Assembly: GCF_000142905.1 (NCBI RefSeq)
Contig: NW_013657631.1
Span: 290,301-315,374, forward strand
Source: Thecamonas trahens ATCC 50062
Taxonomy: Eukaryota; Protista; Apusomonadida
Length of the DNA stretch: 25,074 nt
Reading direction: 5' to 3'
Below, one piece after another: positions 1 to 10,453 of the stretch (the first letter of the stretch is position 1; each line of letters starts with the position of its first letter). The notes under the pieces were generated by a model. It did no database searches. It saw only the letters and a list, made by a program, of their open reading frames with translations, and was not told where the DNA came from. The translations under genes and the position numbers were made by a program.

Positions 1-1407
1 GCGGAGGGTGCCGGCCGCCGCCGCCGCCACGCCGCGGGCCATCCGCTCGAGCTCGCCGCGGACGGTGACGTCGCAGATGGAGACGTTGAAGAGCGGCGAG
101 ACAGTGGGCGTGCCGGACGCGGCTACGCCGAGGCAGTCTGGGCCGGCGAGGCCGCGGCGCGGCGAGGTCGATGCCGTCACCTTGTCGATAATGCCGTCAC
201 CGTTGACGTCTGCGTACACCGCGCCCGGTGCGAGCGGGAGCTGCAGCAGCGTCGCGCCCGAGTCGAGGTGCAGGACCTCGACGCCCTTTTCCAGATGGGC
301 GACGATGACGTTGGGCGAAACAACGTGTTCGGCCTCGTCGTGCGGTGCAATGCCAAAGTCCTCGAGCGAGATGCCGGCGAGATGAACGAGCTCCAGACCC
401 TCGGCGCGGGTTGGCGGGCGGGCAGCGCCCTTGGCAAAGTGGGCGACCGAGAGCGAGGTGTGCTCGCGGAGCGCCCATCGGTGCGGGAGGTGGGCGAGGA
501 CGGCGGCACGGTACTCGCGCCAGGGAACTTCGCCGGTGTGTGCCTCACCGTCGACGTGCGGGACGTAGTGCGGCGAGTGGGCATCGTCGTGGAACGAGGC
601 GCCCGAGTGGGCCCACTTGAGCTTCCCGCTGCCGCCCTCGAGCGCAAAGTAGGAAAAGTGGTTGGCGGCGGCGACCGAGGCCGTCGTGTCGTAGTCGTCG
701 TCGGGAATGTTGGACGCCGACTGCCCGTCGCCGTTATCGGACGGGACGCCGTTGCCACTCTCGGCGCTCTCGCTCACGTCTTCGGTATCGGCGTAGCTCT
801 GGGTCCTCAGCGAGGCGTCCATGACCTCCTGCCCGTCGACGCGGCCGCCGACGACGACAGTCCCGCCATCGGCGGCGGTAACAAGGAGCGCTGCGGCACG
901 GTGTGTGAGCCAGTCCGGAACCTCGTCGGCGAGCGAGGTCTCCCACAGCGGCTCGAGCGACGGGCCATCAAAGGCGAGGACGGTCCAGTCTTGGGTAAGG
1001 ACAACAACGATGCGGGAGCGGGGCGGGCCAGGCAGCGATGCGGTTGTCCGCGGGGTGACAAAGCCGGCGCCCAGCGCGACCGGGCGGCGCGAGACCGAGG
1101 TCCGCAGCCGCGAGACTAGCGAGGCCGAGGCGAGCTTGCCGTCGGCGAGCGAGTGGACTTCGACCGAGGGCGGGACCGGGCGGGCGAGGACGATTTCGGC
1201 GCGGGCGTCGCCGGCCACGTCGACAACGAGCGGCGGTGGAAGGCGCTCGGATTCGAGCGGGTAGTGGCCATTGGCGTACGCCCGCGACGCGTCGAGCGGA
1301 AGGGTGAGCGCGGGCGTGAGGGTGAGGCTCGACGAGGTGTAGGTGGTGTAGGTGGCGGCAAGGAGGGCGAGGGTGATGAGTGCTGCGTCGAGCGCCCGCA
1401 GTTGCAT
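1..1407 (-). CDS. FG-GAP repeat-containing protein, NERD1/At3g51050-like; 3' end lies outside the window
   Basis: Hand-translated open frame from ATG at 1407 to base 1, absent from the ORF track because it has no stop in the window. It reads MQLRALDAALITLALLAATY (signal/anchor), LPPPLVVDVAGDARAEIVLA, HFSYFALEGGSGKLKWAH, WREYRAAVLAHLPHRWALREHTSLSVAHF, PNVIVAHLEKGVEVLHLDSG and YADVNGDGIIDKV (FG-GAP Ca-binding motif). Motif order matches my recollection of the At3g51050 family. Confidence 0.85.
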   Translation of the reverse strand, partial: MQLRALDAALITLALLAATYTTYTSSSLTLTPALTLPLDASRAYANGHYPLESERLPPPLVVDVAGDARAEIVLARPVPPSVEVHSLADGKLASASLVSRLRTSVSRRPVALGAGFVTPRTTASLPGPPRSRIVVVLTQDWTVLAFDGPSLEPLWETSLADEVPDWLTHRAAALLVTAADGGTVVVGGRVDGQEVMDASLRTQSYADTEDVSESAESGNGVPSDNGDGQSASNIPDDDYDTTASVAAANHFSYFALEGGSGKLKWAHSGASFHDDAHSPHYVPHVDGEAHTGEVPWREYRAAVLAHLPHRWALREHTSLSVAHFAKGAARPPTRAEGLELVHLAGISLEDFGIAPHDEAEHVVSPNVIVAHLEKGVEVLHLDSGATLLQLPLAPGAVYADVNGDGIIDKVTASTSPRRGLAGPDCLGVAASGTPTVSPLFNVSICDVTVRGELERMARGVAAAAAGTLR

Positions 1408-1659
1408 GGTAGTGGTGGTGGGGTGGTGGGGTGGGAGGGGTGCTGGGAGGTGGGGTGGGAGGGTGCTGCGAGGTGGGGTGGGAGGTGCAGAGAGGGTTTG
1501 TTTGTTTGGGTTGGGAGGCGCGGACAAGGAGGTAGGTCCGGGCCAGGGGGGGTAGACAGTCTCGACTGGGCTACCACTGAGGAGAGCTCCTGGAGGGGTA
1601 AAGGGGGGGGAGGGGGGGGGGGAGCGGAGCGGAGGAGGAGAGGTCGGAGGGGGGGGCGA

Positions 1660-2097
1660 TTAGAGGAGGGCGCAGCCGCCCTTCTTCTTGGTCTTGGGCG
1701 CCGGCTCAGAGAGGTTGATCTGGCCGACCACGTCGTCGAAGATCTCGTCAATGTTGTAGCGGGTCTTGGCCGAGCACTCCATAAAGGTGCACGACCACTC
1801 CTTGGCCTTGGCGTCACCCTGCTCCTTCTCGACGATGCGGTCGTCCTCGAGATCACACTTGTTGCCGACGAGAACCATGGGCACGGTCTCGGCGTCCTTG
1901 ACGCGGAGGATCTGCTCGTGGATGTCGTTGAGGTCGTTGAAGGTGGCCATGGCGGTGATGGAGTAGACGAGGATGAAGCCCTGTCCGTTCTTCATGTACA
2001 GGTCACGCATGGCGGTAAACTGCTCGGTACCGGCCGTGTCGAGAATCTCGAGCAGGCACTGCTGGCCGTCGATCTCGGTCTGCTTGCGGTACGAGTC
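1660..2097 (-). CDS. RAP1: Rap1-type Ras-family small GTPase; the N-terminal ~37 aa presumably lie in the N gap
   Basis: [41 protein letters not shown] has the Rap-diagnostic Thr at position 61. Also NKCD (G4), CSAK (G5), a polybasic tail KTKKKGG and the CaaX box CALL. Confidence 0.95.
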   Translation of the reverse strand, partial: DSYRKQTEIDGQQCLLEILDTAGTEQFTAMRDLYMKNGQGFILVYSITAMATFNDLNDIHEQILRVKDAETVPMVLVGNKCDLEDDRIVEKEQGDAKAKEWSCTFMECSAKTRYNIDEIFDDVVGQINLSEPAPKTKKKGGCALL

Positions 2098-2760
2098 CNN
2101 NNNNNNNNNNNNNNNNNNNNNNNNNNNNNNNNNNNNNNNNNNNNNNNNNNNNNNNNNNNNNNNNNNNNNNNNNNNNNNNNNNNNNNNNNNNNNNNNNNNN
2201 NNNNNNNNNNNNNNNNNNNNNNNNNNNNNNNNNNNNNNNNNNNNNNNNNNNNNNNNNNNNNNNNNNNNNNNNNNNNNNNNNNNNNNNNNNNNNNNNNNNN
2301 NNNNNNNNNNNNNNNNNNNNNNNNNNNNNNNNNNNNNNNNNNNNNNNNNNNNNNNNNNNNNNNNNNNNNNNNNNNNNNNNNNNNNNNNNNNNNNNNNNNN
2401 NNNNNNNNNNNNNNNNNNNNNNNNNNNNNNNNNNNNNNNNNNNNNNGGGGGGTGGGGGGGGGTGGGGGGAGGGGAGGAGGAGGAGGGGAGAGGGGAGGGG
2501 GGGGAGGGGCTTGGTCGTACGTTGGGTTAGTTGAAAGAGAGAGAAGGGTGTGTGGTGCTTGTTGCGTTGGCTTGCTTGCTGGTCGGTCGCGGCGCTTTGC
2601 TTGGTTGCTTGCTTGCGCTTTGCTTGGTTTGGCTAATGGCGTTGCGTCGAATTCGCGGCGGCGAGGGGCGAATGTCATTCGCAAAGGCATTTGTTCCGGC
2701 TATTTGTTCGCGCGCTCAATTGGGGGGGGAGGGAGGGGAGGCGAGCGAAGACGGGCTGCG

Positions 2761-4379
2761 CTACGCGGTGTGGATCGAGTCGGGGAGAAAGGCGTCGAGC
2801 TTGCCTTCGCCGTGCTGGTAGCCGATCGAGCCGATCGAGTCAAAGTAGTCGCAAGCGGTGGCGGCAAAGTTGTCGACCGGGTGGATGCCGCCCTCGGAAG
2901 ATGAGCTCCGGCTTGCCGGGGCCAGGCAGCCGATGGGGCGAATGGCCCCGAGTTCGGGTTGCCTGAGTGGGCAAAGTTGCCCCAGTAAGCCAGCATCTGC
3001 TCGGAAAGCTCGAGTTCATCGGGGGTAAAGACCGGCTCGGCTGGCGACGGTCCGCGGACGACGGAGAACATAAAGGGAAGGCCCGAGCCGTGACAGACTT
3101 GGTGGAAGCAAAAGGTGTAGTTTGCGCCCCAGCCGGAGCGGGCAAACGACCATGGGTGGTCAAAGAGGTAGGCGTAGACCGGGGCGTTCTGGGCCATGGC
3201 CTCCATGGCGTAGCGCTGTGGGCAGATCATAACATAGTAGGTGGCGAGATGTGACATGGGAACGCGCGAGTCGATGACGTTGCCCGGGAAGAGGTCGAGG
3301 ACACGCGGGGCGTGGAGGCCGAAGACGCCGGCGACGATGGCTTCGTACTCTGTCTTGGAGAGCGGGTGCTGGACGGCGTCGTAGATAAAGATGACACCTT
3401 CGTTGGCGACGTTGCCCATGATCATGGGTTTGCGCTGGACCTTGCCAGCCCGCATAGCCGTCAGCTGGTTGTCGGGCACAGGTCCGGCCTTGTTGACGTT
3501 CCAGGGGAGAAAGACCGAGAGCGGGTGATCGACAAACAGGTGCGACTGGCTCGCGTACTCGGCCTCGAGAACGCTTGCCACCGGTTTGCCCCGCATGCAC
3601 TCGGTCGTCTTGCACGACATGTTGGCCATGACGAGCGCGCCGAGCTGCGCGCCGTACTTGGGGTTGGAAATGGCGAGACCGATGGTCGACGACATGACGA
3701 CGGCCTGCTCAAACAGCGGCGCCGACGACGGCGCAATGAGGTGCGCGGCGAGCGAGCCAGCGCCGGCCGACTGGCCCATCAGCGTCCGGCGGGACGGATT
3801 GCCGCCAAAGGCGGCCACGTTGTCGGCGACCCACTTGAGAGCGAGCTGCTGGTCGAGAAAGCCAAAGTTGCCCTCGAGCTCGTCGGTAACCAGCCAGCCG
3901 AGGGCACCGAGGCGATAGTTGATGGTGACGACCACGACGCCAGTGGCGTTTGCCAGATACTGGCCGTTGTACACCGGCACGTCAGCCAGGCCCTGCTGAA
4001 AGTGGCCGCCGGGCATGAAGATCATGACCGGCGCGTTGGAGGCGGCGACTGGAGCAAAGACATTGAGGGTGAGGCAGGCCTCGCTGGTGGTGGTGGGACA
4101 GGTGTGTGGCGGGAGGAAGCAGCGCTGCGGGCAGCCGATCGCCTTGGACTCGCCCAGCGCCATCGTCCCGTTCCACACACCCTTAGCCACCGGAGGCATC
4201 CACCGCAGCGCACCCGTCGGTGGCTCTGCAAACGGAATGTTGTAAAAGGCGCGCACCTGCGTGGCCTCCAACAACACGCCCGACATGCGTCCGGCCGGCG
4301 CGTCGACCACAGGCGGAGCAGCGGAGGTGAGGGAGAGGATTAGCGTGAGAGAAATGACAAGGGTGTACATGGTGTACAT
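2761..4379 (-). CDS. Secreted type-B carboxylesterase/cholinesterase-family hydrolase, with an apparent frameshift near 2895-2925
   Basis: Signal peptide MYTMYTLVISLTLILSLTSA, then FYNIPFAEPPTGALRW, SEACLTLNVFAP, NYRLGALGW, GNFGFLDQQLALKWV, nucleophile GQSAG, acid NEG and His in CHGS. A family-like C-terminus (GGIHPVDNFAATACDYFDSIG...*, stop at 2761) is in a different frame from the ORF-track end at 2700. Confidence 0.9.
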
Positions 4380-4401
4380 GGTGGCGGTGGTGCGGAGAGG
4401 G

Positions 4402-4491
4402 ATGTGTGTGTGCGTGTGTGTGTGTGTGTGTGTGTGCGTGTGTGCGTGTGCGTGTGTGCGTGTGCGTGTGTGCGTGTGTGCGTGTGTGCGT
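4402..4491. repeat. Imperfect (GT)n/(GCGTGT)n microsatellite between divergent genes
   Basis: About 90 bp of alternating purine-pyrimidine sequence, read directly. Confidence 0.95.
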
Positions 4492-4562
4492 GGAGGGATG
4501 GGTTTTGGTGGTGGCACTTTTCACTTTGATTTTTTTCGGGCGGCATGGTCACGTGCCGGACG

Positions 4563-6168
4563 ATGCGAGTCATAGTGGTGGTGCTTGCTGCGGTGGTCGG
4601 TGTGGTGTATGGCGCGCATTGCCATGGGCAGGTATGGAAGGGAGGGGGAGGGGGGGGGGGGGAGGGGAGGGGGGACGGGGGAGGGGAGGGGAGGGGGGAG
4701 GGGGGAGAGGGGCAGGCACTCACACATGTACGGGAACGGGCATGGCGGTTGCGGGCATGGCGGGTGCGGGCATGGCGGGTGCGGGCATGGCGGGTGTGGG
4801 CACGGCGGGTGTGGACATACTTGGGTGCGGACATACTTGGCGGGACGGGCATGGGTATGTGTGGGTGTGTGGGTGTGTGGGGGGGGATAGCCAAACCCCA
4901 ACGCGCCACAGAACTTGCTGCCGGTCAACACAGGCGAGCCAGAGCTGGTGGCGACGCATGCCAACGGCAAGCTGTTCCGGGCAGGGACGAGCGAGGGCTC
5001 GTTCTACGTCCTCCATCTGTGGGGCACGCCGTACGAGTGTGGGGTGGCGCAGGGCACACTCCTCAAGGACGAGGTCAAGGCCTTTGTCAACGGAGTGTAC
5101 GCGTACATCGAGGACCAGATCGACCTCGCCCTCAACTCGACCAAGCCCGGGCACTACGTCCCGCACTGGCTCCTCAACGACATTGCTGAGTTTGGCATCG
5201 ACGCGGCGCTCGATCTGGAGATCGCTGCGACGCGCCCATGGACTCCGGCGTACTTTCTGGAGGAGATCAAGGGCCTCGCCGACGCGACCGGGCTCTCGTA
5301 CCTCGCCATCGAGCGGGTCCACCTGCTCGGTGAGCTTACCAAGGGCGGATGCTCGCTGCTCTCGGCATACGACTCGGCCATTACTAGCGAGTACTCGCTG
5401 CTCGGCGTCCGTGCGCTTGACTGGAACACCGACGCCGTGTTTGTGGACCACGCGCAAGTCACGGTCTACCACCCGTCGGGCGACTGGGGCAAGCAGGGAC
5501 CCGGGCACGCCTTTGCCAACGTAGGCTTCTCCGGCTTTATCGGCTCGTTCAACGGCGTCTCGGCAGCCAACACGTACTCGCAGGAGATCGGCGTGACGTT
5601 TCCTGACGAGACGTTTGGCAAGGAGTCGCGGTTCGGCATCCCGTTCACGTATCTCCTCCGCGACCTCATCCAGTTTGACGAGACCATCGAGCAGGCCGAG
5701 ACCCGGGTGCGTGACGCCAAGCGGACATGCGATCTCATCCTCGGCTTTGGCCACCTCGGCGACTCTGACGGCGAGCCGTTCCGCGCCATCCAGTACTCGG
5801 CCTCGGTCGCCAACTTTTTCAACTCGACCACGCTCATGCCGCTCACCTCGTGGCATCCGCGCATGGAAGACCTCGTGTACTACGAGGGCGACTGGCTCTG
5901 CGAGCAGGGCGACGTCGTCATGCATCGCCAGCTCGCCTACGCTCATGGCGAACTGAGCCCCGAGCTCGTCATCAAGAACATCACCTCGGTTGTCGCCACC
6001 GGAGACACCTTCACCTCGGTCTACGGCTTCCGCCACGATGGCCAGCACGCACTCTACCAGGCGTTTGCCCGCTCGTCGTCCGAGTCCGGGCCAGACCCCG
6101 CGTACCTGCGCCAGTTCACCAAGCTCGATCTCGCTGACCTCTGGGCCGAGGCCAAGCCCACGCTGTAG
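4563..6168 (+). CDS. Secreted/lysosomal Ntn hydrolase of the peptidase C45 / acid-ceramidase-like (Dictyostelium dcd1-like) group; exons 4563-4631 and 4891-6168
   Basis: Exon 1 encodes MRVIVVVLAAVVGVVYGAHCHGQ (signal peptide) and ends at CAG|GTATGG. The acceptor ATAG|CCA at 4890/4891 joins in frame to PNPNAPQNLLPVNTG...VLHLWGTPYECGVAQG...EEIKGLADA...GELTKGGCS (putative Cys nucleophile)...RALDW. Confidence 0.85.
4632..4890 (+). other. 259-nt GT-AG intron, G-rich, with about 5 copies of the 15-mer GGGCATGGCGGGTGC (4738-4812)
   Basis: GTATGG donor and TAG acceptor. Phase-0 splicing joins the signal peptide to the conserved domain. Confidence 0.8.
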
Positions 6169-6326
6169 CCTCTCACAGTACAGGTCACTTGCTTTTTGCC
6201 AGGCGCGGAGGCGAGCAAAGCCGCACGCGCCACCTTGGCGGCTACCGGTACAACCACCGCCACACGCACCCGCGCAAGCACCTCGCCACCACTCCACCAC
6301 TCCACCACGCCACGCATTCAGGCCGT

Positions 6327-7578
6327 ATGACTAAGGCGTGTGACGTGTACAAGGCCACGTCGCCGGTGGACTACCATGCGTATGTTGGTCAGGGAGGGGA
6401 GGGGGGGGAGAGTGCATGCGCGAGCAGTAGGGAGCACTCATGGGGGGCATGGATGGGGGGTGGCAATACGGGTTGTGGCTGTGGTGGTCGTGGTGGTCGT
6501 GGTGGTCGTGGTGGTCGTGGTGGTCGTGGTGGTCGTGGTGGCTGTGGTGGTCGTGGTGGTCGTGGTGGTCGTGGTGGTCGTGGTGGTCGTGGTGGTCGTG
6601 GTCGTGGTGCTGGTTGTGGTGGTCGTGGCCATCGTGGTCGTCGTCGTCGCTGTGGTGGTCGTCCGTTGGTTGTGTTGTGCCGATCGTGGTCGTGCTGATC
6701 TTCGTGGTGCTGGCCGTCGTGATCGTGCTGTGCTGGTCTTCGTGGTGGCTGCTGCTCCTGTCGACAGTATGCTGACACACATTCCCACAGCAGGCATTGT
6801 GTTCGGACTGACGCTGTCGATTCTGGGAATGCTCTCGGTAGTGCCGCAGCACATCAAGCTGCTGAAGCGAAAGACAAGCGAGGGTATGTCATCACACTGG
6901 CTCACGCTCTCCAACACCCAGATGTTCTCCTCGGTCTGTAACATCACGCTCCTCAAGTTCCCCATCCTCAAGGGCTGCTCGGTCATCGGCTTTGGCGCTT
7001 GCTACCCATCGCTCATTGCCCTCGCCCAGCGCGGCATCTGGCTCGTCATCTTCCCCATCATCTTTGAGTTCCTCCTCTACTTTCCGCCGCGCATCGACGC
7101 TTGGACCCGGCGCTCGTTTGTGGTCGCCATCCTCGAGGTTGTCCTCCTCCTCTGCTACATGGTCGCCGTCGTCACCTCGGCCGCCGTCCTCGTCAACCAC
7201 TTTGGCCCGTGCCACGACTCGGTCCTCTACTTTGCAAACATCCTCGGCCTGGTGGCCACTGTGGCCAACATCATCCAATGGATGCCTCAAATCTACACCA
7301 CCTTTTCCGCAAAGCGCGTCGGCTCCATGTCCATCGTCATGGTTGCCGTCGGCGCTCCGGGCAACTTTCTCGTTCTCTTCTTCCTCGCGTTTGTCTCCAA
7401 GGAGTCGGTCACAACATGGCTGCCCAACCTCTCCGCCGCCCTCCAGCAGTCCATCCTCCTCGCCCTCCTCCTCACCTACCGCCGCCGCGAGAAGCTCATC
7501 GCACAAGCCTCGCCCTACGTCGAGATCTCAGAGGACACCCCTCTCGTCGGCCCGTCAAAGCCCTCGGTCGCAACGTAA
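6327..7578 (+). CDS. PQ-loop repeat (cystinosin/PQLC-like) multi-pass membrane transporter; short first exon uncertain, main exon ~6791-7578
   Basis: Two PQ motifs (SVVPQHIKLLKRKTSEGMS and QWMPQIYTTFSAKRVGSMSI), about 7 hydrophobic helices and a C-terminal YVEI..EDTPLV tail. A branch-like GCTGAC and CAG acceptors sit at 6790/6793. Phase-compatible first exons are ATG6327 with a donor at 6388, or ATG6376 with the GTATGT donor at 6380. Confidence 0.85.
6481..6662. repeat. (GTGGTGGTC)n 9-bp tandem repeat, probably intronic
   Basis: Read directly. It produces the spurious poly-V, poly-T, WWS and HHD ORFs. Confidence 0.95.
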
Positions 7579-7899
7579 CAGTAAACATCCCAGCTAAGCG
7601 AGTGGCCGCGCTGACCGCAGTGTCCAGCCGAAGATTAAAGATCACGTCCCGTGGGACACACAGTTGAGCATGTGCTCATGGCACAGCTAAAAAACTCGCC
7701 AAAACCCCCCTCAGCAGGCATCAACCGTCTTCTTCACGTGTGTCCAGCCTAGCCATGCCCTCTGATCTGCAAGTGACGCCCTCAGGCACCCGCAGGAGCC
7801 GTTGATGTGGCCAGCCTCCTCGGCCAACCTGGTCGACGCCTCGATCGATCCTTGGCAAGACTCGGCCGAGCCGAGCCGACAGGTCCACTTGTCGCCGCC

Positions 7900-8562
7900 A
7901 TGTCGTCCACTAGCGCCAGCCACCGGTGCATGGCATGCGGGGTGGATCTGGAGCGTGGGGCGTATTCGAAGCGCCAGTGGAGCAAGGGAAGCGGCTTTGG
8001 GCGGTGCACCGGGTGCGTGGCGGCCGGGCTGGCATCCCCCACCGCCGTGCTCGACCACATGGCACAGCGGGCGACACTCAAGGCCGCCGAGGCCGAGGCA
8101 GCCGCGCTCCGGACGGCTGGCTCGTCAGGCGTGGCGACCGAAAACCGCTCTGCAGACGAGGCCCAGGAGGCCGCCGACGTCCGCGCTGCTGTGGCAACCG
8201 CTCGCGCTGAGCAGGTGGCTGACGATCGGGAGGCAGCGACGAGCGTGCTGGCGGTGGCCACGTCGGCGCATGACGCGCGGGCCGCGGCCGTCGACGCCTT
8301 GGAAGCTGATGCCGCCCGCCGGGACGCTGCACGGCGGGCAGAGGAGGAGGCGGCCGCAGCAGAGGCTGCCGAGAAGCGAGCGGCAGCGGCGAGGCGAGAG
8401 GCCGAGGCGCGGAGGCGCGTCGTTGCCGAGCGCGCTGCTGCTGGCCTCACCCCGATGCCCGAGAACGCGCCGCTGCTGCCGGCGAGTGCCAGCGCCGCTG
8501 CTGGCAGAGATGGCAGCAGCAGCGGCGGACGCGGCAAGTCCTGCTGCTGTGTTGTTCAATAG
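7900..8562 (+). CDS. Stc1-like C4 zinc-finger protein with an Ala/Glu/Arg coiled coil and a C-terminal CaaX box
   Basis: CMACGVDLERGAYSKRQWSKGSGFGRCTGC fits CxxC...[YF]SKxQW...RCxxC. The ATG has GCCGCCATG context and the protein ends in KSCCCVVQ*. Confidence 0.75.
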   Translation: MSSTSASHRCMACGVDLERGAYSKRQWSKGSGFGRCTGCVAAGLASPTAVLDHMAQRATLKAAEAEAAALRTAGSSGVATENRSADEAQEAADVRAAVATARAEQVADDREAATSVLAVATSAHDARAAAVDALEADAARRDAARRAEEEAAAAEAAEKRAAAARREAEARRRVVAERAAAGLTPMPENAPLLPASASAAAGRDGSSSGGRGKSCCCVVQ

Positions 8563-8570
8563 CGGCCGTC

Positions 8571-10453
8571 CTAGTCCTGAGCCTCGGCCGAGACACGGGC
8601 GGCGTTGTGCTGCTCGCGGGCGAGGCGGCGGCTGTCCTCGTAGCGCGCACGGTCGCGGAGGTATGAGCCGGCGACCGCGACGTGGGAGACCCGCGCACCG
8701 TAGCGCGGGATGCCGAACAGTTGCTGCGCGTGGGCCGCGGTACCGTGCGGCGAGAAGGCGTCGAGCTCGAGGTTGGGGTCGATAGCGCGCACGGTTGTCG
8801 GCGCGAGAGCACGGATCTGCCGGCCGATGATGGCGTGTGTGGCCATGCGCTCATCGCGGAGCTCCACAGCAGCGGCGTAGGCCGCCTTTTGCTCCGGCGC
8901 CCGGTGCTCGGAGCGAGCAACAACATCAATGAGCTTGGTCGTCAGCGGCTTGTCGTCGCGTGCGGGCTCGGGCTTGTGCTCGGGCCCGGGCTGGAGCGTC
9001 GCCCCAACGTCTGGCGCGTCTGGATCGCTGTTTGTCTCGGACAAGGACGACGGCCACTCGGGCGGGCAAGGGTCGGCGGCAGAGTCAGGCCGTAGCGGGC
9101 GCGATGCTCGGCTGCAGTCCATGTCTCCCCGTGTGCCGCAGTAGTGCCCGCGACCGCCATCAGCTCGGGATGCGAGAGCGCGACAAACATGAGCGCAGTT
9201 TGCTCGGTGCGGAGCAGGTCAAAGCTCGCGCGGAGGAGGCCGGCATGGCCGAGGTATGCGGCGAGTGAGCAGGCGGCACCGATGCCGCGAAAGACGGTGA
9301 ACGGCTCGTCGAGAAAAACGACCGAGCCAACAAAGGCGGCGGTGTAGGCGGCAACTCGCCAGAGAACATGCATGTCGAGCGGGAGGCCGAACGCGAGCGG
9401 CGCCTCGAGGAGAGTGTGCACGATGCGAGCGGCGGCGCAAAGGACGCACGCGCCGAGAGCGAGCCAAGCTTTGAGCGAGCCGTCGAGGAGGCTGACCGAG
9501 CCTGAAGAGGCGCTTGGCTCGGCGAGAGTCGCGGCAAGAGCAAAGGCCGGGAAGAGGACGAGGTGGACGGTGAGGGCATGGAGCTCGACCGTCGACGACA
9601 TGTCGACGCCGACGAGGATGTGCGGGTCGTACACGCCCGACAAATACAACTTGTCGAGCGCGTAGATATGGGCTAGCGGCACGTCGTCGATGTTTGAGAA
9701 GACGTGAAAAGCCGGGACGTGGCCTAGCGGGCGGAGCCCGGCGTCGGCGGGGTTGGCATGGCGGGCGTCGGCCGAGGCGAGCGTCCGCGCCCAGCGGACA
9801 TCCAGCACATACGACCGGAGGCGCGAGCGGCAGAGCAGCGCTGCGAGCATGACACCCGTTCCGCGCGCGACCGACGCCAGTATGGCGGCGAGGCTGATGG
9901 CGGCACCAAGGCCCACCGCAGTCGACGGCAACGCCAACGAGGCCTCACCGCCGTCGGACGATCGGATAAAGTAGGCAGCAGCACCGGCGACCGCCAGTGC
10001 TGCCGGACCGAGATGGACGGCAGTCGACGAGCGTGAGGCATGCGAGATAAAGAAGCCGCGTCCGAGGGCAGCAAGACCAGGCTCGAGGCCTAGGAGGACG
10101 AGGAAGAGGCCGACCGGGAGCGAGGCGAGCGAGGTGGCGCCGACCGAGGCGACGGCGGTGACGACCGATGCCAGCGCCAGTGCGGCATTGATCTTGATAG
10201 GAAGGAAGAACCGACCTCCCGACGCAGCAGCCGGCGGCGATCGTATGCTTCGGGTGACAAAGAGCGCAAGAGCGGCGAGGAAGGGCGGGCCGGTGGCGGC
10301 GGCGGCGAGCGCAAGCGGGTTGCCCACCTTCAACTTGAGCTGGGTGTAGCGGACAAAGAAGACGAGGCCAAAGGATGAGCCGACAAAGTGGGTGGCGAGG
10401 AGCGCCAGGTATCGTATGGTCGTCACGGCCGCCCCGCGGGCATCTTGAGCCAT
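8571..10453 (-). CDS. Polytopic membrane protein, DMT/EamA-TPT-like, with a long soluble C-tail; apparent frameshift near 9060-9085
   Basis: About 10 hydrophobic segments from MAQDARG... to VVFLDEPFTVFRGIGAACSLAAYLG (EamA-like end). The downstream ORF 8571-9122 (PEWPSSLSETNSDPD...VSAEAQD*) looks coding and overlaps in the -1 frame. Confidence 0.6.

Noticed and set aside
2446-2520. Possible 5'-UTR intron of Rap1 (minus-strand GTACGA donor at 2520)
   Set aside because: Plausible, but the acceptor and start codon fall in the N gap, so it cannot be supported.
1153-2904. Long + strand ORFs (583 aa and others) across Rap1 and the N gap, and similar antisense ORFs throughout
   Set aside because: These are shadow frames of GC-rich genes on the opposite strand or read-through of Ns, with no recognisable motifs.
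4585-4890. (GHGGC)n metallothionein-like ORF
   Set aside because: It lies mostly in the dcd1-like intron and derives from a 15-bp tandem repeat.
6331-6986. Poly-His/Asp, poly-Thr, poly-Val, WWS and RGG ORFs
   Set aside because: All are translations of one 9-bp tandem repeat that lies in a probable intron.
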